DNA from: Ascidiella aspersa
Lineage: Eukaryota
Length of the DNA: 64,000 nucleotides
Assembly: GCA_963924565.1 (NCBI GenBank)
Contig: OZ004615.1
Coordinates: 18,228,001 to 18,292,000, forward strand
Reading direction: 5' to 3'
In this document: piece by piece, positions 52,301 through 63,024 of the stretch
How the letters are laid out: the number at the start of each line of letters is the position of its first letter
Numbering within the stretch: the stretch's first letter is position 1
Program-made: the position numbers and the translations under genes
The notes under the pieces: generated by a model
What the model was told of the DNA's origin: nothing
The model's input: only the letters and a program-made list of their open reading frames with translations
The model's database searches: none

Positions 52301-55300
52301 TAGCCAGGGCTTCACGACCGACGCTGAAATATCGCACAGTTGTCCGACGTGAGCAAATAGGCCGTAGCTCGATTTCAAAGATAGCTACAGTTTGATTTGG
52401 AAGATAGCTGCAGCTATGTGTGGTGTGATCTACAAAAGCATATACGCGTGCCTGTAAATATAAAACCAGTTTAAACTGCAAACCTTACGAGATATCACCA
52501 AACAGGGGCCAAACTCTTTGTTTTCGATAAATGTCTAAATAGATGAGCGAGCTTTAAAACAAACTGACAGCTGTCGCTCAGTGTATACAGCAAAATATCG
52601 TATTACATTTTATTACCGTCTTCGTCATTGTTATGAGTTTATGTTACGTTGTTCGACCACCCGCCAGTTAACTATAACATTTTCTGTCACCCAATGTCTC
52701 TGGTAGCTTAGCCATATGTACGACAGTTTTTTACAATATAAGAGGATATTCGACCTCATTGCGAGTATTTAAAACAATATTTAAATGGAAATAAAAAATT
52801 TAGTCAAAAAAGTAATCAATTGCAGTTGGGTTAGTAATATATACTTTACCAAACATTGCAATAATAATGAAAGAAATGTCGATTTTGATCAAAAACCTTT
52901 AAAAGGCAATGCGCTTAAAATCTTTACCGGAAGTTTTCCATTCGGCTCGCACTATAGTACGGGACGTGCAGGCAAGTTACAGGGAACGTCGGCCGCCTAG
53001 CAAGTCAGGGTTCTGCAGAGCGTAAAATAACACAGGGAGGACTTAAATTCGGGGCCTCGGGCGCAAACCTGACCCAGGCAAAGCATACTGTCGATGTTGG
53101 CGGCGCGGCAGCCGGCGGCAAGGCAAAAAGAGTATTTGAGGATGGATTTGATAGAACGGTCGCGCTTGGCTGCCTGTGAAACGCTTTGCTCGCTGTTGAC
53201 GTTTTGCTGGGCGCCGCGTTTACGACAGAGCGACTGGCGCACTGGCAACCTGCTATATCGAGCTTTATAATGTGCTGGCGAGCCGTGAAGCCACCAGCTT
53301 GGAATTTCTAGAGCGGCGTTCGAGAAGCGTTTTCAGAAACGAGGTTTGCAGAACGTGTCCAGTTAAGGTTTTGCCAAAATCGCTATCATTTCTTTGCGAT
53401 GACAGGTCAGCCTGGCATTTTTGGTGAGCAGGACCAAGTACGCTTTACATCTCAGTTAGAAGTGGTTTTCATATGTCAACAAGCGACGTATTGTACAGAA
53501 GTGCCAGCAGAAACGGAAAGGCGAATAAACCTGTCGAAATGAACTGTTAGCCCGGCGCCGAGTAAACGACTGGCAGTCAGCTAACCACACTTCAGAAATT
53601 GTGGAGGTTTTATTCAGGCTATGAATCAGTATGCGCTTTGTGGCGTGTAAAACAAGTTGTTTTTCTAGCCTTTGAATTGCAAGCGACAGAATAGAAGCAG
53701 TGGTAAAGCCTATCTGAGAGATTTGATTCCTTTGATAAAACTACTTCTAGCGTGTGGTTTAGGTTCCCGGAAAAGCATGAAATGTCAGTCAAACAGTTGA
53801 ACTGCTAATTATAGCGCGGTGACTTTTGCCATTATGTTGAATTGAATCTACTCAACCTTTAGAAAAGTTCACGACAAAACTCTATCAATTCAGAACCTGC
53901 AGTTGTAGTTTTATTCAACCCTTTTAACATTGGCGCGGTAAGTGTTTAGAAGCGGGTATAAAGAAGTAGAACCAATCCCCAACTGCTTGAAGGGATCGAT
54001 ATTCACTAAAATGCCATTAGGTCGATTCATATCGCAAATCTAATGTTCTGACCCTTGTCCTATCGTAACGCATTTTCCTGCTCGGCTAATGGTAATTGCC
54101 CGAAGACAGGGAAATTGATTCGCACGAGTCAAGTTGCGAATTTCGCCCGGTTAATGATTGAAGGAATGCCATTAGTGGCGACAACTTTTTTGTAAGTTAG
54201 TGGTTTCGTCGATGAAACCCAAGTTATTTGAGCCCGGTGAAAAGACGAAAACGCTCGTTTGAAAAGCAAGGCGTTTGATTGACTCGAGTAACCGCATAGT
54301 AAACACCTTAAAACTGGCAGAAAGGGCGTAGTAACCGCAATATAACATAATTCGTCAATGTTGACAAATGTGCCAGAAAGGAGTCAAAATGGAGCTCAAT
54401 CCACGAAATTAAAGCCAAAATTGTCTGTTTTTAATCGATAAAACTGAAAAATTGAGTAAGGTTCGTAATCAGCCTCTAACAAAAGGTTAAAAATGCATTT
54501 TCTTGTCAAACCGGCTAAGTGTAATCAGAAAAGCTACGTTTTTTTAGTTTGCAATTTTAAAGTACCTGTTGTTCATCGGTGTGTACACGCGCAACCTCGG
54601 GACCCCTCTTATCAGGCCTTTATAACGATGCCAGCAATCAATCGGCACAAGTGCAAAATATTGACCGTATTTTTGCCGAACCCAGAGAGCGTGTTTGCTT
54701 AGAAACTTTCGAGACTCTATGGCGCGTCGGCAAACAGCATATTAAACCGACTTTAGCGATAACGATAGGTACAATACGCTTCCCAAAGACTTTGTCAAGA
54801 AAAAGCAAGCTCATAAGAAGGGAGGCTACATAAGGCACTTTTAAGACGTAATTCCTTTTCAGTCCAAATTTTCCAAATTTGTATAACGCTTTTGTCTGTT
54901 TCGATCAATATGTATCAGCGCTGCTGAATTACTTTCTTACCGTGCGTTAAACGTAATTTCCGCTCTGAATCCCTGGGCGGACGAGGCGCAACGCAACGCA
55001 ACTCAGGAAAGGAAACGGTGTTATTGCGTTCGGCGTGCTAATTGCCGGCAGGTGTCATGAAATATTAATCGGCCGATACATTGCTTTCATTGGCCACACG
55101 CAATTCGACCGCAATTTGTGGCGTTTAGTAACTGGAAGTTGCAGTTGAAAACAAGAGCAGACGCGATTGTGGCGTTCATGGTTTATCACCGTGACCTATC
55201 CTGTTTAAATAAATCGATTTTGGACGTGTAAAGAGATCAAGTGGCTAATCGTGATTTCCATCAAACAACTGCAGCAGGCCCACGCTCATACAATTGGTGG

Positions 55301-58300
55301 CGCGCCAGTTGTTTGTTTTGGTTCAAATCAAAACTCGCTTTGCATTGCACTTCGCCGTGCAAGAGCCGTTTCGCTCGTGGTCGTCTCGTACCTTAAAACA
55401 ACACGTTCGCTTGAAGGTTGCGCACTTAACGAGGCAACGTTTATTGTGCCTATATTCGATTACTCGCCGCAAGCGAGAGGTAATGTAAAAGGATTTGGTT
55501 CGTTTCGATCCGCCTGGCTTGCAGCACTGTTCAAACGTTTGAAATTATGAACAAAGCCAAAACGCGAAAGTAAGTTGATCGAGCGTTGTAAGCGCAAAAG
55601 TGTTATGTGACTGCATAATATTGATAAACGAGCACACGCGAGCACAACTTCTGGCAGAATGATGGGTTGACGCGTTGTACAGGTTTCAGAGTGACCACTT
55701 TAGCACAACATGAATAAAAAGTTTAGGTAAAATGTCTATTCGAGTGCTAGAAAAGTAGTGAAAACCCCGAGAGTGGTTCAGAACGTTTTAGTTCATGTCA
55801 AGGCTTTAAGCACAGTAAATCTCAGGACTTCTCAAGAGTCTCAATATAACGGCGCACTTTTGACAGACTTTAGGTGGTAAGGGCCCTAAATCACACCTGT
55901 AATCAACAGCGCAGGTCTTCCACAGACTGCAGTCAGCTCACAGGCCAGTTGAAAGCCAAGTGCAGCCGCATGCAATACAGGAAGCTGCATTACGCGGCGC
56001 ACAATTTTTTTGGGCGTATCCGTTTAAAAAGCCCTGCAATCTTTGCGCTCAAAGTGCCCAACAATTGCTCGATAAGGCGTGACAAGGTACCAGCAGTTAC
56101 CCGGGCTGCGCTTGTCCCCAAGGCGCGCTTAAACCGCCCAAACACTCGACGAATTCGCCACGTTTTAGTGACTCGCTTGCCAGCTGACCGACGTGGGACG
56201 TGCACTTTACGAATTCCTTCATTACTCCCTTGTGACTTGTATCTCGGTATTAACTTTTCGGGGTGGCTTATCGCCGCCGTTAGCTTATCGCCGCGAGGTT
56301 CGGATTATAAGTCACGCGCCCAGTAATGTCACTTTGTTTTGTTTGGCATTTCAGATCAAGTTATTACGAAAATTGCGTTTAAGCTACGTCAGACTAGTGC
56401 TATATTAAACTGTTGCCGAATTCTATTAGGCTGTGCAACTGTTGCCGAATCACTACACGCTACTGTTTCGCTTTAATCTGCCAATGTGCGCAACGTACTT
56501 CACGCCCCACTTTGTACTGTCCCTCCTTCAATCCTGACTTTAACAACGTGTACAAAACAAAATCTCACCCACTGAACAACCGATCATTGTCTCGTAACAA
56601 TGAGCCGACCGAGGAGCCGAAAGTCCGAAGATTTGAACGTAAACAAAGTTGAATCAGCCGGGCCGTCGAGCCCCACTGGGCGCACTCTGCCCCGCACGCC
56701 CCGCACCCCGAAAAAGGGGACCAAAAGGTTCTCATTTGTGTCGACGCGCATCGGAATACGCAGGTCTGGCAGCAGACGAAGGCACAGGAGCTCCAGTAGA
56801 CGGCGGAATAGCCTCAGCAGACGTTCTTCCGGCTTGTACGGCGTTGACCAGCACGGTAAAGTCTAAAAGTCTTTAAGTCTATATAGCGTACTGATGCTAT
56901 GGTAGTTCACTACGTGTGAATTGAAACCTTGTTGTAGGATTTATGATTATTAGTGAAGCTTTTGATTGAGAAATACTGAGGAATTGCAATATTAAATGGG
57001 TGACAAACCGATAGCCCATAGTGTGGTTTTTGTAATTCGAGTCGCCTGTAAAAACCCTGTTTCATGTGTTTGGCTTTGTGGTGTTCAACAGGGCTAGATA
57101 TAAAACGCTTGCCAGTTTTTTCTCCTACGTCAGTGTGGAAAACCTCATATATTTTCGCCGCACTGTCCCAGCGGGATATCTCCGAAAAAAATAGTTTGAT
57201 ATGTTTTGCAGTTTCGTATGCTTTCACTATTGACGTAAATCTGTGAGTAAACGTTGCCAACAATAACATTCAATTTCGCTTCTCTAGACAGAATACTCTT
57301 GTTGTACGCCACGTAACTGAAAATCGTTTACACAAGTGGCGGGTAGGTGCTGGAACGAGTATATCTATCAGGGTTCGAAACCGTGAACAAGTCTTTTCTT
57401 TCATTGCCAGTCATGCGAATGCACCATTACCCACTATTGGGTGCTAGAGGCAGAATTGCGTTTTGTAACTCGAAGTGGCGCATCCCTTGTCATGTTATGG
57501 GTGGCGGCTGTAACGCGATAAGGCCACCAAACGAAGCATTTAGCAACTTTTGGTGTCCGGTTGCCTCTATTTTAAATGGTTTGTTTTGTCGAGCGGTGGG
57601 AAATAAGTCTGCTGCCGCGACCCTGGCACCTGGTGTCGATTTCATGTGGCTTCAAACCGGTCAGCTGACTTGTTTGGCAAACCGTGGCACCTCTACCCAT
57701 TTTCTAAAGTTGTGCGTATTTTGTCACCATTTGAATTTTAAAGGCACGCACTGTACGGTACATGGTTTTCAAGCGCAATACTACTAGATTTCCACGTCTG
57801 TTGAGACTCGCATCACACCCATATTTGTACTTTAAAAGTGACCATCAAACCTTTGATACTTGTGATGTATAAGTGTTTAAACAAAAACCGCAATCGTCCC
57901 AAAATAACAGGCCACGCGCACCTGCGTAACTAGACAGGGTTACCCCGGTTAGTCACGTCACTAAAACGACTCCCGAGTATATAACAAACAGGGTCCGTAA
58001 ACCTAACACAAACCTTAAGTCACCCAGCGCCGTCTATTCCGCCGACGCTTTTCTCCTAACCTGACGGTGAGCTCTCCCGCGATTTGACGGACGTTTGAAG
58101 CAGGTGCTTGTTCGTTTCGTTTCGTGACACGTTCGCTCACATATCGCGCTACACGATTAAAAGCACCTGCCGTCCGTCGCCGAAGCCTCACCCCGAAACA
58201 TTTGCAAGCGCTTCTTGTACCTGGATGGATGTTGTTTGATATGCTGCGTTTTGAAGCTGCTGCTGTTGACCGACCTTTGCTAATCGGCTGAACGAAGCTA

Positions 58301-59720
58301 AGGCTGAAAGATAAGCGAAAAAATGAAACGTGGGTGACCTTCTTGAGAGAATAAATTCAGGCGTGTTTTGTGTACTAGAATAAAACAAATGTTAAAATTA
58401 TACAACAAAATTAGAAAGCTACTTTGCTGGTAAAAAGTCAAATGAATAATGGAACATTCAGTTCGTTTTACAAAACAATTACTTTTCAGTTGTTGGGTGA
58501 GAGGTCGACCGTATCTGTAATAAATTTATTTACATCTGTGCACTTTTGGAATGTAGTAAAATAATTTTACATAAGCTTGATCTCAGAGTTATGTGTACGG
58601 TGTATCGTTTATGGGATGTCTGTGAAAACCGTCTCTATTTTAGTGTGTTGCCTACTTTTATAGCGTATTTTTTTTGGCAATGCTCTATACTATATTGTTG
58701 AAGAACTACCGTCTTGGTACTTTACTAACAAGTTGTAAGAGTATGGTGTATTGATAGGTTTGGAGTGGGTTTAAACAAGAAAAATTAAAAAATAATCTTT
58801 CTGAGGTAGAACACATTTAAACTAATATATCACATAAGATCACGGCAGCAAATAATATATCCACGTTAACAAATCGGTTTCCTAATTGCACAGTTGTCTG
58901 AATACCAGTTAAGTGCCTTTAATAGGTAAGGTATTCCTGCAACAACTTGCATCGAGCTGAGATTCCCTGCAATATGTTTAAGGAAGCCTACAACAACAAG
59001 CTAATGCTATGCGTTGTTGCACGTGAGACTGTGTGTTTGTGTCCACGTAAACGCGGCATTATCGGTGCTCCTAAATCCGATTTATTGCTTAATTGCAATG
59101 CTTTGTAATTCTAACGTGCTATTATTATATGGATATAACTACAGCGTTGTTAGAGAAGTTTTACTACTTTCAATTAGCCTCGTTTATGTTTGTTGTTTCG
59201 CAAGGAACCTTACGTTTGTTTCGACCATCAGCACAGCAATGTTGCAAGAATGTTGTTTTGATCCAACTATCGTGTTTTGTCGTGTGTACATAAACGTTGT
59301 TAGCGCAACCAGGATGCCCATCTGCCAACGCTATGATATTGAAAAACAGCTTTGATCATACGTTGGCTCCAACAAGTGTTACTTGTTCCGCAGTAAATTT
59401 GGCAAATTTTAAATAAAGAGTTTTTATTAAATATGGCAAACTTAAAATTATTTTTGCGAGTTAAAACCGCCAAATTATTAAATTTTAAGAACCTTAAAGC
59501 ACTTCTCCTCTTGTTATCGTTTGACGTAAATTCGGGAAACACCCTTCGGAGAGGTATCCCCATGCCGCGGCTCACATTACGTCAAGTGCGGATTTTTCCC
59601 ACCCTCTTTGCAATAATTGGCCTAATTTCGTGTATTTCTTCTCCAGATTCAACCTCGGACAACAGGAGACGCAACCAGGCATCGGAAAATGTGCTAAGTC
59701 CCACCAAAGATGGCGTATCG
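23741..59720 (+). CDS. SynGAP/DAB2IP/RASAL2-family Ras GTPase-activating protein, 5' part (gene continues beyond the window)
   Basis: Exons 23741-23771 and 24886-25010 give MDNEGVLEVY|DIHGLPSHQMSCGQVTSGVWIVKYCVLTNQKLWMFD. This matches the RASAL2/DAB2IP N-terminal split-PH segment (VRVY|DVKGPPTHRLSCGQ...WERKYCILTDSQLVLL, recalled from memory). Exon 48286-48484 (RRFQRIVSV ~ RRTVSV) and exon 59647-59720 continue in frame with phases 1,0,1,0. Confidence 0.85.
23804..23987. repeat. Local tandem duplication (two copies about 99 bp apart)
   Basis: TTAGTACATTTGC...TTAAAAAGGTGTACTTT occurs twice. Confidence 0.75.
24886..25010 (+). CDS. RasGAP exon encoding N-terminal PH strands
   Basis: tttcgtggacag|...AAT|gtaagc, 125 nt; SCGQ and W-x-x-KYCVLT motifs. 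Confidence 0.9.
27964..29664. mobile_element. Triple-nested MITEs (27964-29664 > 28150-29536 > 28900-29382)
   Basis: TSDs ATTTAGCT/ATTTAGGT, CCATAGAG/CCATAGAG and CTTTTGCT/CTTTTGCT. TIRs CAGCATGGTCCAACT, CAGTGGTTCTCAACC and CAGGGCTGGGGAGCC. Confidence 0.93.
30634..30909. mobile_element. hAT-like MITE
   Basis: CAGTGCTTCCCAGCC / GGTTGGGAAGCATTG termini; GCGACCCAC subterminal repeats. Confidence 0.8.
35775..35885. repeat. Tandem repeat of 23-24-bp alternating units
   Basis: GAAAATAGTGCCTATAAATGATT / GAAATAATGCCCAAAAATGATTA alternate, about 5 units. Confidence 0.8.
36762..37008 (+). mobile_element. MITE, TAGGGATGTCCGATA family
   Basis: GATGTCCGATA / TATCGGACATTCCTA ends; TSD CTTTTGAC/CTTGTGAG; shares sequence with 48787-49147. 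Confidence 0.75.
37181..37563 (-). mobile_element. MITE, TAGGGATGTCCGATA family, inverted copy
   Basis: TAGGACTGTCCGAT end; the internal TTAGTTACCTTCAGTT is the reverse complement of AACTGAAGGTAACTAA in the 48787 copy. Confidence 0.65.
38462..38629 (+). CDS. Candidate alternative first coding exon of the RasGAP (MMRTTSKTS...RRHT...GKLRRRFRK)
   Basis: aaaATG context; purine/GC-rich, coding-like block ending AAG|gtggcc (weak donor, phase 0), followed by T-rich sequence. In frame with exon 41336. Confidence 0.5.
40345..40380. repeat. (CAA)12 microsatellite
   Basis: Twelve perfect CAA units. Confidence 0.95.
41336..41414 (+). CDS. Alternative internal RasGAP exon (LFGDGDNGKDVDVFQEERLDESAFSA)
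   Basis: Long pyrimidine tract + ttgcag| and strong G|gtgagt donor; phase 0 to 1, in frame with exon 59647. Confidence 0.75.
42044..42085. promoter_or_regulatory. Paired full CRE (CREB/ATF) sites; candidate intronic enhancer
   Basis: GTGACGTCACGC occurs twice, 30 bp apart (cores 42045-42052 and 42075-42082). Confidence 0.5.
44370..44701 (-). mobile_element. MITE, TAGGGATGTCCGATA family, inverted copy
   Basis: TAGGAATGTCTGATA ... GATCCGATAATACCGGACATCCATA. Confidence 0.7.
47644..47838 (+). CDS. Possible alternative first exon with a hydrophobic segment, or a non-coding leader exon
   Basis: gccacaATG context in a CpG-rich block; ACA|gtgagg phase-0 donor in frame with 48286; encodes SALLALVPLFFALAIF. 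Confidence 0.3.
48286..48484 (+). CDS. RasGAP exon (RCRDAQKQ...RAFRRFQRIVSVADF...TSST)
   Basis: gctaatctctgccag| acceptor and G|gtgggt donor; strong GC3 coding bias; phase 0 to 1. Confidence 0.75.
48787..49147 (+). mobile_element. MITE, TAGGGATGTCCGATA family
   Basis: TAGGGATTTCCGATAATATCGGATCGGAGCCGATAC ... AGTATCAGACACTCACA. Confidence 0.75.
56600..56855 (+). CDS. Alternative first coding exon of the RasGAP, Arg/Ser-rich
   Basis: aacaATG, 85 open codons (MSRPRSRKS...RRSGSRRRHRSSSRRRNSLSRRSS...DQH), G|gtaaag phase-1 donor in frame with 59647. Confidence 0.75.
59647..59720 (+). CDS. Shared RasGAP exon (DSTSDNRRRNQASENVLSPTKDGVS)
   Basis: tatttcttctccag| acceptor and consensus |gtaagt donor; phase 1 to 0. 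Confidence 0.85.
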
Positions 59721-62700
59721 GTAAGTCGATCAATTCTTTTAATTATGGCACAAAAAACATACTCTTTTCACTCGCGCATAGACAACAATACAAGCGTGCG
59801 AAAGCCAAACTAAAATTCGAATTTCCTTAGTTTATAGAAAAAATTTAAGAATTAATCAATTTCACGAAGACAGAGCTTCACAACCATCGTTAAGTCGCGG
59901 CACAACTTTAACAACAATTTACCGAGCAGCCTACTATAACGGTGAATATATTTTTTGGGGTAAAAGCCAAAAACAAATCCTAATGTCTGGTTACGTGTAC
60001 CACATTCGATTCTTTTGTGGGTAGAGATTCTGGGTTTTTAAGGGTAAACCAGGAGCCATCCTGAAATCCTACTTACCAATATTAAAAAAGCAGTACATCT
60101 TTACCACTAACAGCTGTGATTCTGGTATGCAAAAGTTGGCAAAAGTGTCAAATCAAAGACGTAAAATATATGTTCGAAGAGATTACAGCCTCCATATTTG
60201 CACCTAATAAAAATAAACAGCTAAGTAAAAAGTACACAACCAACCGTCATGAAAGCTTGACCAAATCAAGCCGAACCAGAAAATATTCTTGCGCTTGGGG
60301 GAAAGCGCCTTTGGTGTGTCCACTGCCCCTCTGATGTTCCTTTTTAAAAGAGCAACAAACCCGACAAGGATGTCGGTTTCAACTTCGTGACGATCAGAGC
60401 AGCACCGATCGCAATTTGGCCGGTGTGCCGGTAATCAGTCACGACCCACTACCGGTGTTTACCACTCGACTGCCGGCCGCCACTGACCAGCAAAAGCTAG
60501 CGCAACCCCCTGAAAAGCTTAATCATATGTCGCGTGGTGACTATTTGTTCCGTCCGCCCATACGCTTGGGTAAAGGCAAGACGAAACAGTTTAAAAATCC
60601 TTTTGTGGTTTGTCGAGTGGTTATTAAAAAACATGACATAAATTATTGTCAGTTACTAAAATGTGTTTCAAGCCGTTATATCGAAGTGCTTTTTTTTGGT
60701 TAAAGTTTGGATATTTGTTTGCCGAGTTTAAGACGCTTTTATATTTGGCATCCAGACAAAGTTTGTCTCTGTTTTTGCTTTCTAAACAGCTATAGTAGGT
60801 GTCGTAACTCCATATACCCACTCTGTTTTTGTTTTCAGTAACGTAAAATCACGGTTGTATTCGCCATTAAGCGCGTTCGAATCAGCTATCTAAACAAATA
60901 TTGTTTTAAAACCCTTCGCTGAGGCGAGATTTTAAATCGCATTGCAAAATATAATGTGAAATCGGTGTCTTTATACTCCTTGTATATGCATAACATATTA
61001 TAAACATCAAAAAAGGTCGTTGCCCCTTTGATGTACATTGCGCACGGTTAACAGTGCGGCGTGGAATTTACACACACAAAAAAAAACAGCGCAAAACCGA
61101 AAATAAATCAGTAATTACTGCTGTCGCGCCAAAGGTGCAACTTAAAAACACGCATTTCAACAACATCCTGAGCGTCGTGCACGTCAGGACGTGGCAATTC
61201 AAAGTAAACCGTTCGCAACTTGCAAGCGTCATCGAAGCCAGTATCCCGGACGCCGCTTAAATGCACGACTGTTCCACAACACTGGACCCCGCCTCGCGAC
61301 CTTTTCGATTCGATTCTGCTCGAAAATTATGCCGGGAAGCGCCTTTCAGCTTTTTGGCGCCTCGGCCGGTGTATCCCGGATTCGATTGTCACGTACGTTT
61401 GTGATTACGACGCGAGCCGAAATTTGTGCGCTTTCAACTGATTTTGCTCTATTTTCGACTACCGCGTCTTTGCAGCGCGAGAATAATTCCAGTGTTTTTC
61501 CGGTTATATAGTAACAGAATGTACTGTTAATTGGAAAGAGCAGCCACCGCGTAAAAAAATGACATAAAGAAACATTTTTTAGTCTCTTCTCTTCCTAAAA
61601 AAGTTAAAAAAAGGCGAAGACTTTGTGATTTGTTATACATTGTATAGAACGCGGCCACAGCTATGGCGCTTAAATATGTTTTTTGCAACGCAGTATCGAA
61701 ATGTTCCCTGTTATCGTTTGGTCCCTACAAAAACGCAGAGGTTATATATCGCAATCGACTTCAAAGTGGAAGCAGCCATGTAAACCGGGTCCGCCCTTAC
61801 AAGGCTTCCCTTCCGTGCCTTGACGTTGCCTTGACGCCAAAGCGCTTGACGCAGCTGTTCGTTCGTTCAAGGTCCGTAACGCGCGTGTCGCGACTTCCAA
61901 TTGCGCCCTTTAACATGAGACGCGAGACGCGCAGTCTCGGAGGGCTGTCGCCACTGGTTTAAACAGGTCGTAGGCTTCTACGCAATGGGGGCTAGCCGAG
62001 TGGGACGGTGGGTCATTTTAAGACGACCTTAAGTGTATTTTAAGGTGTTTCAAGTGACCGAAATGTTTTCCCAATATTTCTGTAGCTGCAGTGAAGAATT
62101 AGCATGCGGTACTTGAAAAAAAAGTGAAAACAAATAGTTGCTGTTTTTTTTTTAATTTGTTACCGGCCACCATTGCTAAACCTTCGAAACACGTCGCCAC
62201 TTTTTATTTTCTTCTAGTTTAAAACATGCGATAATAACACCAGAAGACCAAAAAGTACTCGTGTGAATAGTCCAATATTTTGAAAAAGCACAAAAGTATC
62301 TTTCGCAAAGGGGCCCAAACTCTCTGTAATCCATATCTCACGTAGACTGCTCTTGTGAAGTTGGCAATTCGACGGTTTGTTTTTAATGTGTGCTCTTCAA
62401 AGCTGCAGCACATTACCGCCCAAGCTCGAGTTTCCTAGCTTTCGCATTCAGGCGGTGCACCTCAGATTCAATGGTCACGTGATCTAGACACACTTCCTGC
62501 CCCACGCATCCGTCCATTATGCGACTGAAAAAGAAAACGTCCAGTCAGGGGTATTGGCTACAAACTCGGTTCAGACGCCAACTTGCAGTGCCTGTATAGA
62601 GCCTTATTGCAGTGCTTGTGTAGCCTGAGCGCGGCGCAATGTAACTTAGCGCTTTTCGGTTGTAGTTCGATGGAAACTTTCACCGAATTCCGTCAGAGGT

Positions 62701-62996
62701 TTCGCCTTTTACCATTTTAAACCTGAAACGGTGCTTTCCTGTTTGAGGGCCTTCTGTACAGGACCTGGTGTGTTGTTTGTGTACAGTCGATTTAGTCAGT
62801 CGGGCTTTGTGCAGAGTCGAACGTTTGCAAACCAGCGTAATACGCCTTTCTTGTTTATTCGAAACATTTGTAATATTTGACCATCCGTTGTGTACAGTTG
62901 TATCGTACGCAACCCAGCCACGGTTAAGTCGATAAACAGATGAAAATTTTCATTGCCCCGACAAACAACTTTTTACTTTCCATCATTTAAGTTGCG

Positions 62997-63024
62997 TGAC
63001 GTCACTGGACAGCTAATGACGTCA
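62997..63024. promoter_or_regulatory. Paired full CRE sites
   Basis: TGACGTCA at 62997-63004 and 63017-63024. Confidence 0.45.
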
